Below, piece by piece: positions 25,100 to 38,100 of a stretch of 64,000 nt of DNA. The DNA is taken from the NCBI GenBank assembly GCA_045837725.1, contig JBEWZL010000282.1:1-64000 (forward strand), given 5' to 3'. The position numbers and the translations under genes were made by a program. The DNA comes from Vermamoeba vermiformis. Taxonomy: Eukaryota. The notes under the pieces are model-generated. The model was not told the origin of the DNA, did not search any database, and saw only the letters and a list, made by a program, of their open reading frames with translations. Position 1 is the first letter of the stretch; each line of letters opens with the position of its first letter.

Positions 25100-28000
25100 T
25101 TAGCTCAAAAAAGCGAGTGCAGCGAGTCCCAACACAACGCTTGAAGCTGCTGCAACGTGATTGGCCGATGATTTTTGGGAGATCTAGCAGGAGATGATGG
25201 TCAGTTCGATTCTCAATTTAAATTCTCAATAGTTGTACTTACAGTTCCAAATGCTTGCGCGGCCGTCTCGTACAAGTTGACACGTGTCAAAGTACCAGCA
25301 TTGGTGCTGATATCTCCGTCGGTGATTGCGTCCCAGTAGTACATGTGATATTGCGCTGGAGGGAACAAAAACTCGAGCGGAATATCTTCATTGCTGAGAT
25401 AAACTTCGTGGTGCGAGAAGGACAGTTTGGCAGAGGTCGGCAGTGAACTGGGCGGTGACACTCCTCTTGGACATAGCTGCATCCACGAGTGTGTTCCAGT
25501 CTAAGACATTGCCACCTGCAAACGAGCCTGAAGACATCTAAAAATAGAACGTGAACAAAGTTGGTAAAAAAAAGAGGCGCCTTTTGATCGGCAGGTGTAG
25601 ATTCTCAACCAAATTAACATTTCCAAAAAAGGCAAAATGTTATTTACTACTTTTTTCGTGTTACTTACGGAGGGCCCTTCAGTGATGCCACCATGCGTGA
25701 CAATTTTCGCCTTGCCAGCCTGTTCCATCTTGCTCACAAACAGCGCGCACGCACTGCCACACGAGCCGTCAGTGACGATCACAAGGTTCTTCGGGAAGAA
25801 TTTTCGTGCGGGCGTTGCTATTGCAAAGACATCCTCGCAGTCTGAGGGGTAATGTACTAATTTGGTCACGTTACGTGTTGATTGACGTGGTTCGTACCAC
25901 GACAGATCCGACGTAAGATATTTGGTTGTGGTGCCCAACCTGCGTTATAAGCCAGTTAGACCTACATTTCCAAATTAGGCAATATGTTACGTACATCAAG
26001 TATTCGGAGCTGAGAATGACTTGGTTCTGTAAAGATTGCGGAAATTCGTTAGGAGCGGTTACTAAATATGGAATTTATATCAGACGTACCTGCACGAGGT
26101 CATTGTTCGAAGCAGATCTGCGCAAGTCATATTTGCCGTAAACATTGGCACCTGTGAAATCTTCACCGAATGTGGCCAACAAATAATTGGCCAAACAAAT
26201 GTAGCCTCCTCTGTTATGTGAACATTAGTATTACATAACTCCATTAAAGATGTCAAGGATATTATTGTCAAATTTACCGTCTCCAAATAAAAAACCTTTT
26301 CGCAAAAATTAAACCAAAATGCTGATTGGTGCAAAGATGTCGAAATTTAAATTGCACGAGCAACTAGTATTTCTGTAGTCGTGTATATGGATTGACCTAC
26401 CCGTTGCCAGAGACGTCAATGATCGCCGCGTCAAATTTGTTCCGCGCCAGTTGTGCCGCAAAGTCGTCGACGAGTGCGACGAATTCATCCGGACTCGACG
26501 GCAAAAAACTCTCCACGCGCAGCACGGGAATGTTGTTGCCACTCACCGTCGTCAACAGGGCACGCCACGTGCTTAAGTCACTCGTGGCGTAACTGAAGTC
26601 AATGTTGTTCACTGTGGAGGTCTTCACTTGCAGCACTTGCGGATCTACATACGAGGTGCGCTTTCTGGCAACACCCATGCTCTAAAAATGGAAAAAACGG
26701 TGAATTTTTGCAAAGTTAGTTCAGTCTCAGAAATTTCTTGCAAACTTTCAATCACGTAGCGTGGAAGTATAACACTTACTTGTCGGGTATTCAAAGTAGC
26801 ATAATCAGTTTTGACCATTTCAGCGCGGGCTTCAGTGGCATTGGGATTAATAAGTGACTGCAGTCTTTGCTTGCGTTCGAGATGAATGTCCGGCGTGACA
26901 AACGAACCCAATTCTTCGGAAGATCTTTTTCGGGATTGCTATTTCACGAAATCAGAAAGGTCTTCCATAAAAGGAAATAGATTTTGACTTACGGTGGTCA
27001 ATTCAAGTATGGCCCTTTGAGTGCCGAGAACACCTTGGAAAATAATTCCCATATTTGGTACTGTCACTGATTGGCCACCAATGGTCATCGTATGCGAGGC
27101 TGGCACGTTGTTGACTGAATACAGACTTCCTAATATGGTAAAAATGTTAGATCAGGTCCGAATTTTCATTAAAATACTCTGATAAACTACTGCTAATATT
27201 TTTCTAGTTATTCATACCGTCGAAAACAATGAAGCAGCCATAAGGACCCAACGCGACGTTAAAACGAACTTTTTCGTCTTTGTAACCGCGGCAGTAGTCG
27301 TTAGCATAGGACTAAATAGCAATTAAAATACATTAAAATATGATCTAGGATTAATATTAATAATTTAATGCTTACTTTGAGCCATTCCAACGGAGTTTGA
27401 CCGTCAATGGATGTAACTTCTTTGTTGTAATAGAGCGAGGGATCAAAGCCAAATGTAGAAACGAATTCCGTTGGGGTACCGAGCACTAAGCGGAAAAAAT
27501 AATATACAAAGATTAGAAATGGTTACCTATGAGATTTTGGAACTTCATCTGGAAAACGAGATCTGATGCACAACGAACAGTAGTCGCCGCTTACCAGGTG
27601 CAATAGTGGTGAATTTCATATTTCCATTATTATTCGTCACTTGTAAGCCAAATGGACGCAAAACAAAGCCTCGGCTAAATGGTGCTGGCAAGACGTAGCG
27701 CGTGTGAGCGTCTTGCAGACTGTTCAGGAGATTAGCGATGGCTAAATAGTGCATATTAGTATTATGTATGAGTAATTGTGCCAAGAATAACTTACCAGTG
27801 TGGAAAGAGTATTCGTTGGAATAAGTAGCAGATTCGATCGAGTTTAGGCCGGAGTTCAAATCCACCTAGAAGGATGTTAATACGAGAATAAATATTATAT
27901 ATTATATTTGACGGTATTTACGTTAATATTCCAAGGAGCTAAGTTCTGGCTAACGATGTCGGTGAACGCGTACACGTCTGTCATGTACCGCAGCTGGGTA

Positions 28001-28336
28001 ATTGTTGCAGCAGCACGACTGCTATCGTACGGAATGGCATTGAAGCAAGCAGTCATACTGCGAAACATAATTAATTCCGACGATCAGGATAGCGAGTCAG
28101 ATCAGTACAAAATTAATTTCAGTTGGTAATTTCGATTTTCGTTAAACTGGAACGATAATTTAGTGCATGATAATTATGCAATTATTGTAATAAGGATAGA
28201 GGCATTATTTTACTTACTCTGAGACTTTACCGAACCAATACTGACCAACAGAACTCAGGGCGCAGGGATCATTCTGCGCATGAGTACCAATAAATAACAG
28301 GGCGCCTAATATGAATAAACGGATATTATGCGCCAT
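25100..28336 (-). CDS. Secreted, probably GPI-anchored peptidase S41 family protein (paralogue 1)
   Basis: Signal peptide MAHNIRLFILGALLFIGTHA, then LQDAHTRY, IIDVSGNGGG, catalytic VTDGSCGSACALF, FAGGNV and a hydrophobic C-terminus. Apparent +1 frameshift at ~25469. Confidence 0.8.
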
Positions 28337-29074
28337 GTTGTAGTCACTGCAAATGAATTAAAGGGAAAATAACAAAAATTGTAGCACGTGCCCCCACGAT
28401 CGATAGAAGAATTTTTTGCCTGGCCAACAAAATTAGTCGCTACATTAAGGTAATGCATTATTACAAGAGTGGCTAAGGCCAATGTTAAACCAAATGTATT
28501 TTGTCATTGAAGAATGGCAGCTGTTCAGCCGAAGTCACGCGAGGATGTGCTAGATGCCGCCAAAAAAATAACATCGTTGGATCAATGTTACGCACGGCTC
28601 CAACAAAGTAAGTAATTAAATGCAAATTTAATGGAATATTTCCTAATAATTATTCTTTGATTTGGTTTCACATAATTAAATAATTCAAACGAAATCCGTA
28701 TTAATTTCAAGGAGGCGTATTACCAGCTTTGTAAATACGTCATTAGGGTTTTAGTCATAAACCATTCTATTATTGATTTGAACCACAAGTAAATTATTAC
28801 CACTTTCCAAGGCGGCTCACATCCGCGTTCTACTTCAAATATGACATGCTTCACTCCGCTGTGGGGCACTGTTGTGCGTATCAGCGACCAATATCTCCAT
28901 GTTTTGGGAATAAAGGGCAGAATCTTGGTTGGATTTCCCCAACAGTTGAGTTGTGAGTCGACGCGCGTGTCAAAAGCTGACACGATTTTCGTGCAAGCAT
29001 TTCAAACTCATTGAATTGCAATCATTACCACACGTCTAGTGTAGTGTTAGTTATTGCAAATACAAGCCATCACG

Positions 29075-32000
29075 ATGAAGTCTTCAGTGGTGCTTTCGCT
29101 CATCTTCGAATGTCTTTTTGTGTCTTTGATAGTCGCAGATCAGTGCACTTTTATTCCCAATACTAGCAGCGGAAAAGCCTGGGTTGGAACTGTAAGCGCG
29201 TAAGTAAAGCTGCAGTTTGAACAAATTTCAGTTTAACAGGGTAAATTATTATGAAATCATCCGGGATGGAGTTGACTTGTTTATAACTTCACGCAATACT
29301 ATGACTAACGTTATTGTTGACTTAGATTGCAAGCATGCGTTACTAGCATTCCCGCTTCATCAAGTCGCCAAAGTGCAACCATCTCCGTTCTGCGTCAGAT
29401 GGTGGACTTGTATTCATTCACTGACATTGCCAAGAACTCTGGTGATCCTTGGAATATGAATGTAAGTATTATTACACGATAGGATCATGTAAAATCGATT
29501 CAGGAGAATCTTAAAGCAGTTTAGCAATGAATCTAAAACCAGCAATTCGAAAGTTTTTATTAATTCAATCGTAACTACCATTTAATCGATCATATTACTT
29601 ATTTCTAAAGGTGATAATAAGTTCAGCTTTAACGATTCAATTAAATAACTTGACTTTCTAATTAGGTGGATCTGGATGCCGGTTTGAACACAATCGCTAG
29701 CAAAAGCTATTCTCGAGATGCTGACTTTCATAAAGGTACCATATATGTTGGATACTAGTGCTTTACAAACTTGATTCTTTCTGCGAGCCGACCTGTCATT
29801 CAAGCGGTCACGAACAAATTACCAAATCGCCCTAAGCCCACTAATCGTTTATCAATTTTTATATCGTTATTTATGCCATCATAAATTATTTTGACATAGA
29901 GGCACTTCTATTGAAAGAAGGAGTGATCCAAATGCACATGCACAATTAAGAAAAGATAGTCGGTTAACCATGATTTTTAGATTTGACGGCGCTGTTCAAC
30001 TCGTTGAATGATGCGCACACTTGGTATAGCTATCCTGCTCCTTACTCCAACATGGCTGCTTTCAGACCATTCGGAGTGCGACCAGTTTATGATGGATCGA
30101 AGTTGCGATTTTACTTGACCCAATCTCGTAAGTAAAGAAATTCTGGATACCGTATTCGTGACGTTTACGAAAAATAGAAAATTTGAAAAAGCTCGCCAGT
30201 CCACTCCACTCACGTGACATTACTATTTTTAGAATATTTGGATCCGTCATATTACCAGCAACTGTTCAACTTTAACCCCACGACCTACTACGGCGAAGAA
30301 GTGACTCAAATTGATGGCACTGATGTCGTTACTTGGTTCAAGGTACGGAATTATTTTCGATACTTTACGCAACCGAAATTGCAATCCTTCAAAGACACAA
30401 AATTAATTCCCTTAATTTGTAGAATTATGCCAACAACTACGTCGGCTTCTATAAAGATAATTCTGTTCGATTCAATGCTGCTATTAAGCTCTCCGGCTCA
30501 TACGCTGTTTTCTCTGGTAAGGATCCCGACTTTTCAATTTACGACCGAAAAATACTAACTCTATCATAGGTGATCGTTACTCTATAGCCGATGCTCCTAC
30601 TAGCGAGACTATGACTATTAATGGCAATTCAGTTACCGTGCCTCTTGCAGGAGCTTATATTGGCAGTCTGAGCAACCAAGCCGACGCGATCAACAAAATC
30701 GATACTGTAAGAAATACACTTTGCTTGCGTAGAAATGATTATTAATTAATATTTTTGCAGCCTCGTACCTCCACTGGCTCTAAGAAGAGAGTTGCTGTTG
30801 ATGAAAATTTGCAAGTGTTCAGAGGCATGACTTTGCGTCTTGGTCCCGACGTGCACCGCGAAAGAATTGAAATGTTGTCGCCCTTCGTCAACGAGGAAGG
30901 CATCACCCACACTATGGCCACTATTGACTACTCTGCTTTGCCTTCAGTCAAGGTACGTACTTCTTAATTTTATTGCCTAATATGGAGCTGTAACTGACTT
31001 ATTATCGTTACCAGCCTTTGACTAAGAGAGGTACTGCCGCCAGCACGGTTGGTATTAAGACCGGTTCTTCGTCGAACTTGGAGTTGACTGCTGGTACTAG
31101 CGACGGTACTATCTGGCGAGGTCTTTACACCACCGCTGATGGCAACAACGTCCCCGTGTTGCGAATCAGTTCGTTTGCTCCTAATGACGCCAATGCCTTC
31201 TTGACTGTCGTCAGCGACTTTGCAGATCTGATCACGAACAACAAATTCGATCGTGTTGTAGTCGATGTTTCAGGCAACGGGTATGCCATAGATTTGACAC
31301 TATAGGTGCAGTACTAATGTATATCTATTCACAGTGGCGGTATCATCTGCTTGGCTTATTCTGCCATGTCAATTTTCTCGTCTTCATTCAGAGACGTGGC
31401 CGCTATGGAGCGATACGACTTGAGACGCACCAACATGAACATCAATTTGCACAACGTAAGAATCGTATTATTACATATATTAAAGCATTGTATTAATCAT
31501 ATTATGATTTGCAGAGCCGTTATTTGAACGGAACCGATTACAGAAGGTTAGTTTCAAATAAGTTAATTAACGCGTGGCCTTTACTGACCGCATGACAGAG
31601 TTGGAAGTGGTGAAGTGTACGGCAACGACGAGTCTTGGTTCGATACACGCACCGTCACACGTGGTGGTCAATCGACCGACTTGACTCAATTCGTTTTGTT
31701 CCCTGCTGAGTGTTTGCAGTTCACCAACATCATCACCACGGGCCACTACCCGAGCAACCTTCTCTTGGTCACTGACGGTACTTGCGGTAGTGCCTGCTCG
31801 CTGTTCTTGTCTAAGTTCGTCGAATACGGCGTTGGTCAAGTTGTTTCTTACGGTGGCTTCACTGACACTGGTGACGTAAGTGGCTCGGATCTCGATCTTC
31901 TAAAGAACTCTTTCTAATTTGCTTTGTATTAGATGGATACCAGCTCTTTTGCAGGTGGTAACGTGTTGGACTGGCCTGACTTCGTGACTTCCACTTTTGG

Positions 32001-32421
32001 CTTCAGTTTGAACCCCGCTCCTAGTTTCATGCCGACATCTGCCTGTAAGCTTTGTCACCGAAATTTTATTGATTCAATTTCATCATTAACGTGTGTCTAT
32101 AGTCAATCGTTTCAATCACCATGAAATGTATATGGGTCAATCTGCTTCAGTTCCTCGAGAATGGAGAAAGATGCCAGCAGGATATCACATGTATTTCTAC
32201 GACGCACTTGTCAATGATGACGTGAGTACCTCTGACGGTCTTCAAGCTGCAGCGACATTGTACGAGAGTGCTATTGGCGTATTTGGCTCGGTAAGTTTGA
32301 GGGTACTTTGCTTGTCACATCCACTCTAACTGATGATTTTTAGTTCACTCAAAGATCAGCTGCCTCTGTTACCACTATTTCGAGCTTGCTTATTGTTGCC
32401 ATGGGTGTACTTCTTTTTTAA
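29075..32421 (+). CDS. Secreted, probably GPI-anchored peptidase S41 family protein (paralogue 2)
   Basis: Signal peptide MKSSVVLSLIFECLFVSLIVA, then LNDAHTWY, VVDVSGNGGG, VTDGTCGSACSLF, FAGGNV. C-terminus SAASVTTISSLLIVAMGVLLF. Confidence 0.8.
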
Positions 32422-32548
32422 TTTTAGATAAAGTACAAACGGTCAATTTAACTTCTCCAGTTTATGACTTGATTTGCAGTCAGAGATAGATGATAGGCAG
32501 GTTGTGACCACACCACTATTAAATCTAAAAAACCCTGCACTTTATTAT

Positions 32549-34490
32549 CTAATCATCAAAAAGGGATTTGACATTAGCATTTAAATCACTAAATAATTTG
32601 GAGTGCAACTCTTGCAAGAATGGAACTATCTGCAGATTGATCACACCAGAGTAAATAATTGCTTCCCATCCATGCAACATTGACTCTTCCTTGAGCTTGG
32701 CCACATTTGTTTTGTTCTTCTCTTTTGACCATGGCAAAGAATTCTCATTTGCCAAGTACAGTATAACATAAAACAGTGATTCAAAGTCATCTCGCTCTTG
32801 GTAAGTATACTCACTTGTATCATTGAGATGTTGAGATACATTGATTGATGCAAACATCAGAGTGCCAGTGAGACCAATAATCGACTGGTCACGTTGAATA
32901 GCATAGCCCCAATCAATAAGAATAGGTTGTGTGCCATGCATGACTATATTTTTCAGTGAAATGTCAGCATGAAAAATGTTGTTCTGATGTGCATGAACTA
33001 GAGCCTCATTCACTGCTTTGGTAAATGACACTAGGTCACCAACTGCTTCTACATCACAAATAGGAGCTCCTTTAGGATAAGTTATCACAAAGGGATATCC
33101 TTCAACTGGAGTAACTCCACTGGCAAGTAAGACAGGTATTGACAGGGGCCTGATAATGATTGTTAACTCTTTTCATAAACTCAGTTTACATACAGTTTCT
33201 CACTATCCAAGCTATGATTTTGGAGGAGTTATTGCAGACATGCAAGTGAGTTAATCTCCTTCTCAATTTCACTGTTTGTTGCTTCTAGTGGACTGTACTT
33301 CATAATCACTTCAATTTTTGCATTTCTTTGCTGTTCTTTGCTGGAGTGCTTTGGGTTCTCAACAAAGGCACTTGCTACCGTGGGTTGTTTTGCCCCTCCA
33401 CTGATGATGTCATTTATCTGAAACAAACATACAGGGCTTGACCATGATGAATGATAGTGCTTTGCAGAAAAAATTCCATGCTCATTAATTTGAATGGATG
33501 ATGCTGGAATAAAGCCAAGCTTGTTTGCTTCAGTAAACATAAATTGCCACACTAATGCAGAGCCTAAAACAAATGTCAGCCAGATATTGTTATCTATGTA
33601 CTGTTACCTTCTTTCCAACCCACAGGGTATGTTTGGTAAATGTGTACAAACTGCTGGCCTGGTTTGTTGAATAAAAACTTGTGAAGAATACACATGTCGG
33701 TTGGTAATGAAAGCATAAAACTCTGTTCTTTCAGGCTGCGCTTTTCTGAGCTCCATAATGTGGGACACAGCTTTGCCTCGTGCATTATTTAGTTGTTTGT
33801 CTAACTTAATGCACATCACTCCAACAATTGCACTGGCTACAACAGCATTTGTGTACCGACTTTGTTCAACAAACACTAGGTCAGGTATGTCATTCATGCC
33901 ATAAGTTGGAGTCTTATGAGTATTGACAAAGCAAAGCAGGCTGTCCTTATGTTGAAAATGGTCGACAATAAGGGCTTGCAGATCATCTTTAATTTTGAGA
34001 GGCAGATCATTGGCAATTTGCAAACCCATAGTACCTTCACGTGAACCAGTAAAGAGGCTTCGACGTGCTTCATGATCATTGACGTGCAAAAATTTGTTAG
34101 CATTATTTGCGACTTGAGCTGAAGAGGATCTGGTCAGTTTGAGTTCTTCGACATCGGCTTTTAGTTTTGCCAGCTCTTCGTTCCAGCTAGTTCCTAGCGC
34201 AGCGTTAATTGTTGTCAAATTATTCGTGCCGTACCTGATTCACTCTGTGGGTTCTGCGGTTTTTTGATCTTGGCCCACAATTCTCGAAGCAGTGGTTTTG
34301 GAATGGAGTTATCAAAATCAGACAACAAGCAATCCAATCCGTCTTTTGATCCATACATTAGAAGGCGTTTCCCGTTCACGACTTGTGCAATCAGAATTTC
34401 CGCGCTTTTTGCAGGCCAGAACAAGACTTTGCGCGCCCAAACAGCCACCTGCTTTGGATGCCAATCGGGCTTTGGTAGGGTGTCGTTCAT
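32549..34490 (-). pseudogene. Crinkler (CR)-effector-like gene: SAM-like header, REase-like domain and FunK1-like kinase; disrupted
   Basis: Header WHPKQVAVW...ILIAQVVNGKRLL; nuclease-like IPDLVFV...VMCIK; kinase HADISLKNI, LIDWGYA, GTLMFAS, DDFESLFY. In-exon TAA at 33229-33231 and a frameshift near 33700. Confidence 0.7.
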
Positions 34491-35154
34491 TACATTATAG
34501 CGTGCCCATGCCTCCAGTTGCTCGTCAGACCAATGTTCAACTTTTTCAATAATCGCATCTGCTTCAACATTAGTAAGTTAAATCACCTTAGAAATAGGGC
34601 TTAATTAAATATAAATTTCGGGTTTTCGGTTAAATAGAATTTCTCGTGAAGACGTTACTCTAATGCTAAGATCGAAGATCTAATTTAATTCGTTTGATCC
34701 AGTGCAATCAGGCGTCATAATTAATTTCGGCAGCACTGACCATTAGGTCAATTAATTAAAAATCAAGTACCGTTTTCCTCCATGATCTGTTTATAAAATA
34801 AGAAATTAAAATTACAAGACTTCTGGCTTAATACGACGTTTGAAAGAATATTGCTTACCTCGAACAATGGCAAATAATAATATTTAGGCATTTGCCCGTG
34901 CGAAGAATCTGCAATTTTCGCTCAGGATAAAAAATCTCGGGAGTGAGCTCGCAGGATCCAACGGGATCTTAAACTTGTCCCATTTGAAACGGAATAGTCT
35001 GGTGTCATTTGATAGTATCTATCCAATCGTTTGATATGACCAGTTTGTTCACCTCCGTTCCGAGGTAATTTCTATGTGAAATCAAATTTGTTATTTTTTA
35101 TTCGTTTAAGCAAGCAGAGACGAGACGACTTGAATTTTTATTAATTTAAAAAGC

Positions 35155-38100
35155 ATGACGTCGAAGCCTCAGCTTAATATCCGCGCTAAGGCCTTATATA
35201 AATTCGTTCCAGAAAACGAGGAAGAGCTAGATTTAAATGAAGGCGATATAGTTGTTATTTATGAAAAGCATGAGGACGGTTGGTGCGTGGGTAATTTTGA
35301 TGGCAAAGTTGGCTATTTTCCAGCAGCGTATGTAGAAGAATTGCCACCTCCTCAACCGAGGCCAGTGAAAGCAGCTCCATCCACTCCAAAGCTCACAGAA
35401 GCACCTCCTTTGGAAATTAAGCAGGTCTCAACACCTGAAACCGCATCACCAGTCACAACACCGCATTCAGCGCGTCCAGCATCTAAGTCCACAGATGATT
35501 CAGGAATAAATACCAGACCGACAGGTTCTCCGCGACAGTTGCCGAATCCCGGTCATGGCACTATGCGCAAAGGTAATTATAATGATCCTTTATTAACTTG
35601 TAATTATTTAAATTGGTCTACTGGACAGGTTGATCAAAAATTAATTTGAAATTTAAATTTGAATAATAATTGACATAATTGCGCTATGCATCATTTTAAC
35701 TAGTGCGCTTGCAACCAATTGAAGCTTTAATAATCAAATTTTGCGCACGTGAAACGAAGATTTTTTTGGAGCACAAGCAGATCCGCCCATCTGACCTTTT
35801 CAAATTGAATCAAGGAACGAGCAAATTATTTACGTCGCGCTAATTATCTTCATTTGTCTATTTTAGTAATTTTGATCAATTTATCTACCCGTTAATTCCA
35901 ACGTAAACCTTTACAAGGTCCAATTTACTCTTTATTCATAATTTATGTATCCCCATATTAACTATGTATTGTTATTATGTTAATGCAGCATTGGGTAATC
36001 ATCAAAAAACAGCTTCGCTATCGTCGTTTGAAATGAGATCTGGTCCGCTCTCAGCGCCTGCCACGCCACAGTTGGACCGTGTGCCTGAAGGTTTGGTCGC
36101 GGAAAAAAGTAGCTCTGCCTCAAACTCGCCGGCCTTGCCGCCACGAATCACAAAAGAATTGCCCAAGCCTCCACCAAAGCCGCAACGACCGTTGTCAGGA
36201 GGCAAGACATCCGGTGAGAGCACTCCGCCACCGATACCTCCCAAGCGCGAACAAGGCTCCGTCTCACCCACTCAATCATTGTCGAGCTCATCGAGTACCA
36301 CTCCTGCTGCGAGTCCTCTGCAGAGACGCATGTCACGTGACTCGGATTCGTTGACAAGAAGCAACAGCGCTTCAATCAGTGCGCCGAGAATTGTGTTGCC
36401 GCCATCGCCTAAAACAATCACTCCCGAGCAAGGTAAGCAATATGATAGGATTAATATGACGCTACTAGCAATGGATAGTTTTTTAGATCTGGATCTGACA
36501 AAATCTTTTTTTTGTAGAGACGAAACGAGGCTATATCGCTAAAGAAACATATACTACGGAAGTTACTTATATAGAATGCATGGAAACAGCATTAACGGTA
36601 ATATATGAAATTTTAATTAGATTTTTGTTCCGTTGATAGCTAATTTTGGTTCGATCCAGAAATATTACAAGCCGTTGATAGAAAAATCTAAAAACGATCC
36701 CGCGATTAATGTTGATCATTTACGAAATATTTTCTCGTCATTAGAAAATATTATGCCGTTAAACAAGAAACTTTTGCAACGTAAGCGCGATCCAGATCTG
36801 GCACGAGAAAAACTCGAATACTAATCATTTAAATGTAGAGATTGAAGAACGTGTTAAAAACTGGTCTAATACCCAACTTATTGGAGACGTTTTCGTGTTA
36901 TTTGTAAGTATTGTCATCGATCAAAATGAAAGATTTTTTGGCAGGCGAGAAAAATCTAATTTAATTATTTTTTAATTATTTAGGCGCCATTCTTAAAATT
37001 GTACACTACTTATTCAAAAAATTATGAATCGGCTATTCAATCACTGGAAGCGATTCAAGAAGAAGAATGGTTCATTAAACAGTGCGAGAACAAGTTGTTC
37101 GTTGAAAAATTGATTATTACACCTATTCAACGTATTCCGCGGTACAGTTTATTACTAGAAGTAAGTAATATACTTAATTAAAGGTAGATGATGTTAATAT
37201 TAACCTTGTTTTCAGGATCTGTTGAAAAATACGGCCGAAGATCATCCTGATAGTCAAAATATCAGATCTGCTTTGATGACAGTCGTAAGTTACTAGTTAA
37301 TCAAGAAATGAACGTAACAATTATAATATTAACAAATTTATATTATAGAAAGAAGTAGCCGAGCATGTAAATAGCAGCATTAAATTTCACAAAAACGTCA
37401 CAAAATTGCACGACGCAGGTCTCGGTGTAAGTATAGTAATAGGGCTGCCCTAATAATATATTCCATTGACTAATGTCACGTGATTTTTCCTATTATAGCA
37501 CTTGTTGGCACCTCACAGACAAATGGTGCGTGACGCGACATTGAACGTGACAGTGCTCGGTGAGATTGTGAACGGCGTGATTTCCAGCAAAAAATCGAGC
37601 AAGCCGAAAGTGATCAAAGCGCATTTCATTTTGTTCAGCGATGTTTTGACTATTGTCGATGAACCTCTTGCTGAGCGTGCCCAATCAAAAGTAAGCAAGA
37701 AAAAATACCGAAATTTCCGAATTGATTTCTAATTGGTGTTACTAAATATAGGATAAAAAGAAAGGCACTTCTATAGCGAGCAAATTGACTGGCAAGAAAA
37801 AGACGCATTTTGGTGACATTTCGTGGCCTCTTTACCTTATTTGGGTAAAAGATTTATGTACGTACCGCAGGCCTCGATCTCTTTTTTCCACTTCAACCTT
37901 CCTAATTTGGAAATTATCTAGCGAAAACTGGCCTCGAAGTCATTGGTCCCAACACGTCATTTTTGCTGCAATTCGACAACGCCGACGAAAAATCAGAGTG
38001 GCAAGCTGACTTCCAGACATCGATTGAAGCCATCTTGAACGCGAGCGAGACTAACAACGGTACGAATATACTATAGGACTCACTTACTACATATGCCTAA

